Shown here: piece after piece, positions 26,301 through 37,663 of the stretch
How the letters are laid out: every line of letters begins with the position of its first letter
Numbering within the stretch: position 1 is the first letter of the stretch
Source: Azolla caroliniana
Lineage: Eukaryota > Plantae > Polypodiophyta
Direction of reading: 5' to 3'
DNA length: 64,000 nt
NCBI GenBank assembly: GCA_043228905.1
Contig: JBHGNT010000002.1
Location: 15,004,001-15,068,000, forward strand
Program-made: the position numbers and the translations under genes
The notes under the pieces: generated by a model
What the model was told of the DNA's origin: nothing
Seen by the model: only the letters and a program-made list of their open reading frames with translations
The model's database searches: none

Positions 26301-27735
26301 TGTTGGGAACTCGACGTTCTTTATGTCCGACGCTCGGCCACAACCGAGATTCTTTTCACACACAGAAAACAGGTAATGAAACGCGACACAAAAGAGGAGA
26401 AATGGTACACAGGAGGTATACGTGGAAAACCCCAAAATAGGGGGAAAAACCACGGCAGCCCACAAGCTGCAAACTGTCACTATCACTATGCAGAAATATA
26501 CAACAGTGAGATCACTAAGGCAACGACCTCGTGCTCTCAGATCTTCGCCACAGGCGGCGGTTACAACAGAGGCTTCGACCTCGTCTCTCTCTCTCTCTCT
26601 CTGTGTCTCTATACAGTTACGCGCTCTGATTTCTTCTTACACCAACAACGAAGAATAATCACAAAACCACAACTCTATTAAAAAGTTTGCCCTAAGTCAT
26701 ATTTATACTAATATGACTCTTCGGCTATTTACAAATGTTACCTCGATGGGCTCTATCCGACTCTCTGCAGTCGGGTACTCCTCATCCGGTTCATACCAGG
26801 CCTACACCATCCGACTCTCAGCAGTCGGGTACTCCTCATCCGGTTCATACCGTTTCGGCCTCGGCCGAGTTTGTTCGTCGGCACTGTTCTTCTACCTTCC
26901 CATCCGGAGGGACCTGTCTACCAACAAACTCCCCCTTCACTCCGGCATGGGGTGTCTTTCCAGCCCAATCCTCTTCCGGCATGCGTCCAACTTGTCGGGT
27001 GTCAGCACTTTAGTCAGCATATCCGACCCGTTCTCAGCCGTGTGGATCTTCGTAAGTGCGAACTCCTGGTCATCTACCCTTTCCCGGATCCAGTGATACC
27101 TCCGCTGGATATGCTTCGTCCGGGAATGGTAGGCCGCATTCTTAGCAAGGTGGATGGCACTTTGACTGTCACAGTAGAGTCAATATTCCTCTTGCCGGAT
27201 ACCGAGCTCTCCGATGAAGTCCTTCATCCATAATATTTCCTTGCCGGCTTCTACAGCCGCCATGTACTCCGCCTCTGTGGTTGACAATGCAACCGTCTTC
27301 TGCAGCCTCGACTGCCACGAAACAGCTCCCCCTACATATGTCATCACATACCCGGAATGTAGACCGGCTGGTATCCACATCAGCCGACATGTCCGAATCG
27401 GTGAAACCGTCCAGCTGAGGTTTTCCGGAGCCGAATCGGAGACACATATTTGAAGTGCCCTTCAAATACCGGAGTATCCACTTGACCGCGTTCCAATGCT
27501 CCTTGCCGGGATTGCTCATAAACCGGCTCACCACTCCGACTGCGTATCCAATATCCGGTCGGGTACAAACCATTGCGTACATCAAGCTCCCGACGGCAGA
27601 GGCATATGGAATCTTCATCATATCTGCCTTCTCTCCTTTTGTCTTCGGGCTTTGCTTGCCGGACAACTTGCAGTTTACCGGAAGTGTCGGCACTATTCTT
27701 CTACCTTCCCATCCGGAGGGACCTGTCTACCAACA
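26301..27735 (-). mobile_element. Internally deleted Copia C (family of J)
   Basis: TSD GGAAT on both sides; 3' LTR 26301-26926, PPT, RT/RNase H tail, then the outer ~50 bp of the 5' LTR. Confidence 0.92.
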
Positions 27736-28031
27736 GGAATAAAATCGTGAATCCCACGAATATATTAGATTGATCAAAATCCTTGTAAAATAATCAACAA
27801 CCTCTATACATCTTTCTCTCTTCCTTATATAGTGTTCGAAGAGTCTAAGTTTATCACATGCAAGCATCATGCTTTTCCTATCTTTAGTTTTCATGCATAC
27901 TGCATGTGCATGATTAGCTTTCTATCTCATCCTTTCTTTTAACTCGAGTGTCTATGCATGAATAACTTTTTGTACCATGCATGTCTAGAAATTTTACATG
28001 GGATAATGTTTAGTATAACTTTAAAATTCAT

Positions 28032-28103
28032 AATACGCTAGCATAATGATAAGGCTTAACATTATTAACATGAAGGTGCAAGGTTCGAATCTTGTCCTAT
28101 GCA
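28032..28103 (+). other. tRNA-like A-box/B-box cassette in the B 3' LTR (second copy near 37145-37216)
   Basis: TAGCATAATGA...GGTTCGAATC at 44-nt spacing with a hairpin around the B box. Confidence 0.7.
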
Positions 28104-28375
28104 TGTAATATATAATTTTATACTTTCTTCTATTTACAAATATGTCTCTTCATTTGGTGAGAGACTCTCACCGGCCTTCTTCATCCGGCTCTTGCCGGTC
28201 TCCTTACCGATTTCGGTCCTCACCGGTTCTTCCTTCCGGTCCTCACTAGGTACTCCATATCCTATCCAGAGAAACCAAAAATGTAATTTTTCACGTAGTG
28301 TGTGAATTACACTACGACATTCGCCCCCTCCGAACCCGCACATCCTCCGGTATGTGCCGAAGTCCCCGATGCTTG

Positions 28376-28747
28376 CTATTCACCTTCATCCAAAACTTCC
28401 TCCAATTCTCCCTTTATGTCGACTATGAGTTGTAATCCACTTTCCTCGCTTTCCACATCGCCGCGATCTTCGTCCGATTGCTCCTTCTTGTTGGTCTTGT
28501 CTAGGATCACATAGGGTTCTTCTTCAGTCCGCTTCTTGAAAATCTTCACCCGTTTCCCGGCTATAGGCACTCGTAGCATCGTTCCATCCAATTCGCATAG
28601 TCGGTAAGTTCCGTTGTCGAAAACTTTCCGAACCTCATATGGGCCGAACCACCTTTTTGCGAACTTCCTTACCGTTGTATGTTGATGATCCAAACTACTG
28701 TCATAGAAAATCACCCAATCTCCTTCTTCAATCTTCCGTGGTCGTAG
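28376..28747 (-). pseudogene. Integrase C-terminus of B
   Basis: RKFAKRWFGPY...NGTYRLCELDG. Confidence 0.85.
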
Positions 28748-31700
28748 TGTTACCCCGTACGAGATGTACGGAGAGTCAGTGTGATGAGCGAGGGTCGAAT
28801 GTTATCATGATGTTGTTGTGTATGTGTAGGGGACATAAATGTAATTATGAGTCTATACGTATGTGAACACATGCACACGTGTGTGCATGTGGATGGATAC
28901 GAGGAGGTGTGAGTGAGTGTCCAGTATGAATGCTCGAGGGGGCTTACACCCCTATGTATCTACCCCCTCTTGTACTATTTAACCCCTTATGGGGAATGAA
29001 TGAAAGATGAATGAATCATTTCTCTCTATCTCTCTTTTCATCTCTCTCTCTCTCTCTCTTTCTATCTCCCCTTACGTTGAACCCCCTTGGGAGGGGGGTG
29101 GAGCCATTCTAGGCACCACCCCCCACCCCACAATGCTTCTCAACGATTCTCAACATCTTCATGCCAATCTCTCTTACCATCATACTCTCCATTATCTTCG
29201 CTATTACGCCATGTCTATCTTTGTCATTGATAATCATCATCGTCCTTAACCCTAACCCTAAAACGTATAACACCTTTTGGCGACCACAACGGCGGACCCC
29301 CTTTGATGAAGAAGTCTAAGAAGAGAACGTGGCAGCATGATGTGCGAGAAATGACAGAAACATGCAAATGACGGCGACGATGTTCAATGTATGTGCAAGC
29401 GAAGAAATGGAAACGATGACGTTTGTGTACGGGTGCAAGAAATGATGATGCGATGGAGGAATGCATGAATGGCAACAATGGTTGTGCGAGGTTGCGATTA
29501 GTGTCAATGTGCGGGTTTCCGATGCGGTTAGCGACAATGTGCGTGTTTTTGAAAGCGTGGTGCAAGATGCACGGCTGTACAAACTGCGATGCAGTGGGAA
29601 CCGGTGCCAGCACGACCGGAACGAGAAGCCCACCAGGAGACTGCGGAGAAAGTCGCAGTGTGTGGAGCGGAGACCGGCAGGATGTGCTGAGAATGCACGA
29701 GAGGTGGTTCTAAAAGAAGCAACACAGAGAGAGTCGGAACCGGAATCGGAACCAGAACCGGAGCCGGTTAACACTGAAGGGTTGAAGAAGACCCAGACAT
29801 TGACCAACAAAGAAACCAACAACGCAGACCAAACATCTACGACCAAAGAAACCAACAACGCCAGAAAGAGACGATCGGATGCACCAGACAAAGACAGACA
29901 AAGACGACGAAAAGAGACTACTCAAACAGACAGAAAGAATGGAACAACGAAGGAGAAACACGACTAGAACAAATGCTAAGAACCAGTACAACAAAAACAG
30001 GACCACATGTGCCCTCTAGGTCATCGGCATCAACTGGGAAAGCAGAAAAAAAAAAAAAAAAAAGAAGCAACTGCGACCGGAGCGGCAGCCGACCAAAATG
30101 GCCAGATATGGGAGCAGCCGGACAACATTCAAACTGACTACCGGAAAACCGGCCGGAACAGACCAGAAGACGACGGACGGTGCCGGACTACGACAAACCA
30201 ACAGAGGAACGAAGGCCGGATGGCCACCGTATGGGAGCGGTTGAAGCACGGCGGAAGAGCGACCGGTATGGCGGCCAGAATGCGGGACAAATGGCCGAAC
30301 GACGACGACGCTATACGACAGAGGCCGGACAGTGGCGGTGAATGGCAACCCGAAACCCTACACAACAGTCAAAGAGTGGCCGAAGAGCAGCGGCCAGATT
30401 GTGTGCAGAGCGGGCAAGCGACGGACGAGGTTGGACTATGACGAACCGGCAGAGACGACAACAGAAACGGAAACAGGGTTGGATGGAAAGGCGCCGGACA
30501 AGACCGAACAACTTGAGTGAAGGACGAATGGCGACAGAAATGACCGGAAAGCCAACGACCGAACGGAGAACGGTGATGAAGACGGAAGATGACGGGACGG
30601 TTGCAGAGATGGAGAGACAACCAGAGTGGTAACGGTCGGCACAGTGACAAAGCAATGACCAGAACGGACCGGACAACCGGACAAACGACAAAAACGACCG
30701 GAAAGACGAAGGGACGATCGAACATGCCAAACGGACGAAGCGGCCGAACAACGATAGTTGGAGACAGGGACGACCGACCACAACTGTGAGGGAGACAGGG
30801 ACGAAGCGGCCGAACAACGATAGTTGGAGCAGTGCCCCGATTGCGGCCGAACAGTGGCGGCAAAAAAAAAAAAAAACGAACATACAATCGACAATGATGA
30901 AAGAGAAGAAGAAGATGAAGAAGAGAAGAAGGAAGGGAAGGAAAAGAAGAAGCACAAGAGGCAGCAGAATAACCAAGAAAGAAGAGGAAACAGAGAAGCA
31001 AGAAAGAGAAAGGCATAGAAGAAAGAAGAAGAACAGAAATGAACAAGAAGAAGAAAAACGCAGACCAAAGCAACACGAAAGAAGGAAACAGAGAGGAGCA
31101 AAGCAAGATTCGGGCACTCGTGATAGAGGCATGGACAGAGAGAGAATCAAGCGGGAGAATCAGAGGGAGAGAAGAAGCAGAAGGAGACATAGACAAACAG
31201 GAGTAAGAGAAGAGAGAAGAAGACAAATACAGAAGGGAAGGTAAAAATGACCTAAAAGCAAAAGAGAGGGAAAAAGATAAAATAGGGGTACGAGACAAAT
31301 TTTGAAACCCTGAGGGTATCGAGTAAAATTTCAAAAACTAGAGCGTACATAATTAAAATTTTAAAAATCAAAGGGCACCTACGAAATTTCGAAAACTCAC
31401 CAACCTAAAAGAAATGGATGTGATCGACACACAACTCACAAAATCAACAAAAGGAAGATACACATACACAACGTTTTTGGACCCATGATATCAATGTTCG
31501 TGAACCGACAGAACGAGAATGTTCGTGTCGCTGAAGTCGCTGACCGAAGGAGATATTCGAGTCAAGCGCTCCGATCGAGGGAGTCGATCATTGAAAGGAC
31601 CGATGGAAGTTCCGGTCAAAGAAATATCATCATCAAGGCATGTGGGATCGACGTGCAAGGCACTCTCCCACGGGCGTGCCATATTGTGTTACCCCGTACG

Positions 31701-32463
31701 AGATGTACGGAGAGTCAGTGTGATGAGCGAGGGTCGAATGTTATCATGATGTTGTTGTGTATGTGTAGGGGACATAAATGTAATTATGAGTCTATACGTA
31801 TGTGAACACATGCACACGTGTGTGCATGTGGATGGATACGAGGAGGTGTGAGTGAGTGTCCAGTATGAATGCTCGAGGGGGCTTACACCCCTATGTATCT
31901 ACCCCCTCTTGTACTATTTAACCCCTTATGGGGAATGAATGAAAGATGAATGAATCATTTCTCTCTATCTCTCTTTTCATCTCTCTCTCTCTCTCTCTTT
32001 CTATCTCCCCTTACGTTGAACCCCCTTGGGAGGGGGGTGGAGCCATTCTAGGCACCACCCCCCACCCCACAATGCTTCTCAACGATTCTCAACATCTTCA
32101 TGCCAATCTCTCTTACCATCATACTCTCCATTATCTTCGCTATTACGCCATGTCTATCTTTGTCATTGATAATCATCATCGTCCTTAACCCTAACCCTAA
32201 AACGTATAACACCTTTTGGCGACCACAACGGCGGACCCCCTTTGATGAAGAAGTCCAAGAAGAGAACGTGGCAGCATGATGTGCGAGAAATGACAGAAAC
32301 ATGCAAATGACGGCGACGATGTTCAATGTATGTGCAAGCGAAGAAATGGAAACGATGACGTGTGTGTACGGGTGCAAGAAATGATGATGCGATGGAGGAA
32401 TGCATGAATGGCAATGGTTGTGCGAGGTTGCGATTAGTGTCAATGTGCGGGTTTCCGATGCGG
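28748..32463 (+). mobile_element. Non-autonomous LTR element D (LARD/TRIM-like): LTR-internal-LTR-truncated internal
   Basis: 525-bp LTRs 28748-29272 and 31687-32211, each followed by PBS tggcgaccaca; no recognisable retro domains inside. Confidence 0.88.
31659..31681 (+). promoter_or_regulatory. tRNA-3'-end-like motif (inverted PBS) at the PPT position of D
   Basis: GGCACTCTCCCACGGGCGTGCCA, 5 nt before the LTR; no purine tract. Confidence 0.7.
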
Positions 32464-32481
32464 GATTACGTCAATGTGCGG

Positions 32482-35400
32482 GATTACGTCCACCCAGCAT
32501 ATGTGCTCTGAAGCAAAGTCGTCTTCAGAAACTTCTTCATTATCGGATTCGGTTATGTCATCTCCGAACCGCGCCCTTGATAGCATATCCGCTACAGCGT
32601 TGTCTTTTCCAGAGATGTGTCTTACCTCCGGATTAAGTGACTTAACATATGCAATCCATCTTAGCATAGCCACATCCGGTATAGTGCAACACCGCATCAT
32701 CCCGAGTATCGGAAGACAATCCGTTTCAATCACTACTTCGGCTCCGATCAAATAATCTCGATCCGATTTGATTGCCGACACGACCCCATAATTCTCTTTT
32801 AACTTGTGCATATCCGCATTGCCTTTCATTGAGAACCTTTGCTCCGAATCGGATCGGATATCGTGAACCTTCCGGATTGGCTTGATTGATGACCCATCCG
32901 ATTCCGGTTGGACTTGTGTCAACCGTTACTATGATCGGTTGGTCATAGCTCGGCTTCTTTAGTGCTTCTGCCCTCCGTAGTGATTTCTTGAGCTTCTTCA
33001 CGGCTTTGGTATGCTCCGGTTTCCATTCAAACTTCTTACCCTTCCGCAACAAGTGATAGAGTGGGTCCGCTATATGTGCATAGTGCGGAATCCATATGTG
33101 GTAGAATGCACATGATCCAAGAAACCTTCGAACTTTGGATTGTGACTCGCATACTTCTTTCATAGCTTGAATCGCATCGATGTTGGTTGGTGACGGTCTT
33201 CGGCCGTAGGGCCCACATAGATGTCCGACTACCAATATTTCTTCTTGTCCGAATGCCGATTTCTCTCCGGAAAGTGTTAGATGCACATCTTCTCACTTCC
33301 GTAACACTTTCTCACAATCACGGATATGGTTGACTACAAATCTTCGGCATCCCCGTTCATCCATAGCTTCATCTTTTTCTTCCACCGCACACCCTTTCAT
33401 AGGAATGTCATCTAGGAACGGCATCGTTATCTCTGGTATGCAATCCTGTATCACCTTGTTCATCGCATTCATCATATGTGCGATTGAGTTCGTCGCGCCT
33501 TGTGGTAGCGTACACATCCGGACTAATCCTATCGGTGTCCGCATGGTAGTGATGTCTCGGCTCTTCACAACTAGTTGGAATTGGTCATATCTAGAGTATA
33601 GGTCTCCGATGGAGTATATCACGCGACCGGCAAATGCTTCCGCAAATTAGTCCACTATCGGACTGACTCTGGAGTTCCGGATCGTGACCTTATTCACCGG
33701 TTGCAAATCTTGAATAAATCGTAGTGACCCATTCTTCTTTAGAACCGTAAACCATCAATTTGAGTATGGAGCATTTGATGGCTCTAGAATCCCCATCGCC
33801 ACCTTCTCCTTGAGCAAGTCGATGATTTTCGGAATATGCGCCCGTGGCACCGGAATCGGCTTCAGGTTCCACGGCACATGGTCAATCATGAAGATCACCA
33901 TCGGCTCCACTATCTTCGGGTCAACGCATCCTATTTCTTTCGATGTAAATGCAAATGCTCTCCCATGTCGCTCTAGCATCCCACAGAATCGTTCTTCTTC
34001 ATTCTTTAATAGGAACCCACCTCCACCGATCCGAAGTTTCTTCCGGGTCTCATCCGTGAAGGCATGTCCGATATCCATGGACTTCCGAAGTGTCGGATCC
34101 CCCGAGACTTCTTTCCTCTTTTGTTCGCTATCTGCGGGTAACGGTCCCGCGGCCGGTTTCACTTTCTTCTCCACGGTCTTGTATTTCGTACTCACCATTG
34201 CTTCTTCTTTGCGGAGTGCATCCGGCCCAATTTTCATAATGATCTCGTACATCTCGACTGACTCCACCGGAATTACCCAGTTTCCCTGGTTTGTATCTTC
34301 CGCGAGCTCTTCAAGCCATTGTAGTGTGCTCCCATAGAACACTTCTTCGACTATTCCCACGATTTCTTTGTCTTCTTTTATTATTGATGCCGACCGTAAC
34401 TTATCCTCCACTTTTCGGTATTCTTTCTTCATTCCTCCGGTTACGGCCGTGTACGTGGATGCCCCATCCGGACCGATTCATACTTGTTTTGCTCCGAGAG
34501 TTTTCTTCCTGTGTGGGGTATCAGGGCTTCTCGGACTATCACTTCCCCACTCCACAACAGTCCGCTCTAAAAATCCATTCTTGTTTGGGACAAGAGCTCT
34601 CTCTTGTTCCTTTCATGATTTGCCGGCACCGTTAGGAATCAGACGGATTTCCCTTCGTTTTGGCTCCGAATTCGCACAAAAGCCGCACCGCTATCGAGCA
34701 CCTTCGTCTCCATCTGTGATGCCGTGATAAAAGGTTGCCCGAGGATCATGGAGTGTGAGACCTCGTCTTGTACAAAGAGATTTTGGTCGATCTTGACATC
34801 CCCGATCTTCACCATCACATCCGGACAAGCCGCAAATAGATCTTCCGTTGCTTTAGTGGCCGCCCGGATCTTCCACCCATGATTCGTGTTAAGAGGCCAC
34901 TTATCCTTCCGGTAGAAATCCTTGGACATCAAGTTGATCTCCGATCCGTGATCAATCAATGCTAGCACGGGTTCTTTGATGTTACCAATTCGGACTGGAG
35001 TCTCCGTAGTTGCGCGTGCCCAGTGTGGCTTTGTGTAGTGAGAATTCGGTATTTCGTCCTCCAATTCGGTGTCATTCATTAGAATGGTATTTGCATTCAC
35101 CATCGGCACATTTTCCTCTGTATTTTGTCTTTTTCTTTTTACGAGATCCACAAGAACATCATGGAACTCTTTTTTCGCTATTCCGAGTAGTTCCCGAAGC
35201 GAAAAATCTACCCGGCTATCGAGGATTCTCTCCTCGAACACCTTTTTCAAGTCCGTTTGTTGTTCGATGTCCGAGGTGAGCTTGAATGCCGGAATCATCT
35301 TTCCTTTTCCCTTTCCTCCGGAGTTCCAGCTTTCTGGTGTCTTTGATGGACCGGCCGCCTCATCCGTGCGCCGTCGCTTCTCATCTACATACACTTCATG

Positions 35401-36609
35401 CAATTGGCATAAAGCAAACACACTATTCTTATCGACGGGGCACTCCCATCCCGTAGCTTCCCGGATGCCTTCCACGGTGCTTCAGATCTCGTTAGAGTCG
35501 GTTTTCTCGGTGTTTTCTAGCACTTCCAGCCAAAAAGACACCTTTGCTCCCGCTGACTCCCCGACACGTATTCCCGCGGTTGTCGCGTAATTGTTCTTTG
35601 CCGCTATTTCCTCCTCTAGCACCTTCTTGATGCCGCCTTTTTGGACGTTCGGTCGGAGCGGCTTCCGAGAGTCCATTGAATGAATCCGATTTCCCTCGTT
35701 GTAGATAAGATCCTGTCGTAGCGCTTCCTTGTGCTCGTCGCAACCCCTTCGATCATGTTCGGTGTTATCGCACCATATGCATCGACGGTCCATATACTTG
35801 GAACTTGTACGATGGTCATCCGACTTCTTCACCATCACGATTTTTAGATTCTTCATCTCCTTCAGCAATTGCTCCACCATAGTTGCGTCGATTCCTTTCT
35901 CAGTCGTAGCTTCCCCAGCCCACGGTTGATGGTCTTCCGATCCGGATTTCGGTTTCGGAATCGGTTCTGAAACCCTCTTTTCTTCGTTGGCAAGCCATTG
36001 CCCCCTCTTTGTGTATTGCGCAACAATATCCCGCATGCTTTCCCATATTTCGGTGAGGCCGCTCTCGGTAGTCGTGTCCTCTAGAAGCACTCCAAGATCC
36101 TTCCGGTCCCGGACATCTACGGCTCGTAAGAACATGATAACTTTGTCCGGTGCGAGGATAGCTTGATCTCTCGCAGACAACCTCCCGAACCGACTTTCAA
36201 ATGCCGAAAACACATCGAGGACCTTCATCCCCTTGTCCGGCGTTTCTACCCAATCCTCGAATCCTCTCCGCATTGCCGTGGAGGAGTCCTCGATAGCGAA
36301 CGTGGTCTTTAGCGCATCTTCAAATGCTTCCCACGTCGGATTTTGTTGTCGTAGCCCGTGGATACTTGATTGAAGCCTGTCGGTAGCCATATGGTTGAAG
36401 GATGCCAGTTGCAGTCCTTCCGAAATTCCGCACCGTAGCATTTCCGCCTTGTAGTCCCAAAGATAGCGTGATACGTCCTTTCCATTGAATTTCCCGATCC
36501 GTTGCACGAGCTGCTCTACTGCCGCCGCTATCTCCAGCATCCCACGTTCTTCCTGAAGCATCCGCTCGAACATCATCATCATGTTGTTAGCCTCCGGTTG
36601 ATTTTCCAT
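32482..36609 (-). pseudogene. gag-PR-RT-RNase H of B
   Basis: CIWCDNTEH knuckle, ALIDHGSEIN, LPQGATNS, PFLDDIP, VDTSPTGIG. Confidence 0.92.
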
Positions 36610-37663
36610 CTCCTTGCCACCCGTGTTCGCGTTGGGTTCACCACTTGTGTCGTGCCTTTCGGCTCCGGATCGTTGCGTGAGTCGGGTGGGAACCGCTGAG
36701 GTTTTGGACTAGGAGAAAGAAGAATATGAGATAAGGCTCCTTATGAATCGATTGCAAGAAAGAGAAATATTTGAAAGAAGATATGAATCTCGTGAATCCC
36801 ACGAGTATAGTGTATTAATTGATACTTAGAATGTAAGAGAGAAATAGATGGAATAAAATCGTGAATCCCACAAATATATTAGATTGATCAAAATCCTTGT
36901 AAAATAATCAACAACCTCTATACATCTTTCTCTCTTCCTTATATAGTGTTCGAAGAGTCTAAGTTTATCACATGCAAGCATCATGCTTTTCCTATCTTTA
37001 GTTTTCATGCATACTGCATGTGCATGATTAGCTTTCTATCTCATCCATTCTTTTAACTCGAGTGTCTATGCATGAATAACTTTTTGTACCATGCATGTCT
37101 AGAAATTTTACATGGGTTAAAGTTTAGTATATCTTTAAAATTCATAATACGCTAGTATAATGATAAGGCTTCACATTATTAACATGGAGGTGCAAGGTTC
37201 GAATCTTGCCCTATGCATGTAATATATAATTTTATACTTTCTTCTATTTACAAATATGTCTCTTCATCTGGTGAGAGACTCTTACTAGCCTTCTTCATCC
37301 GGCTCTTGCCGGTTCTGCTTCATCCGGTTCTCGCCGGTTTTCTTTATCCGGTTCTGACCGGATCCTCCATATCGGTCCTCTTCGTCCGTTTCTCACCGAC
37401 TCTCACCGGCCTTCTTCATCCGGCTCTTGCCGGTCTCCTTACTGGTTTCGGTCCTCACTGGTTCTTCCTTCCGGTTCTCACTGGGTACTCCATATCCTAT
37501 CCGGAGAAACCAAAAATGTAATTTTTCACGTAGTGTGCAAATTACACTACGACAACGTGCAATTCCGCTGCGTGGGTTTCCCACGCCATCCATCCTTTGT
37601 CCATCGCCGTTTTCAATTGCGCTGTGAACCTCTCTCGATTTGTGTGGAGAAGGATACGTATGT

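Larger units (their letters stand above)
26094..37554 (-). mobile_element. Gypsy element B (tRNA-Trp-primed); LTRs 26094-28319 (split by C) and 36648-37554
   Basis: Direct LTRs tgtcgtg...acgaca, PBS tggtgaacccaacg at 36630-36643, short PPT ggagggggcgaa, 4-bp flanks gcgt/acgt. Confidence 0.92.

Noticed and set aside
29244-29262. Telomeric repeat (taaccctaaccctaa)
   Set aside because: Only about two units at an LTR end; not an array
29316-31334. Long ORFs in D's interior
   Set aside because: Overlapping frames on both strands arising from GA/CT low complexity; no domain motifs
35476-35484. Programmed stop readthrough between gag and pol (also 42571 in F)
   Set aside because: In-frame stops occur at non-homologous positions in B and F and fit point mutations such as CGA>TGA
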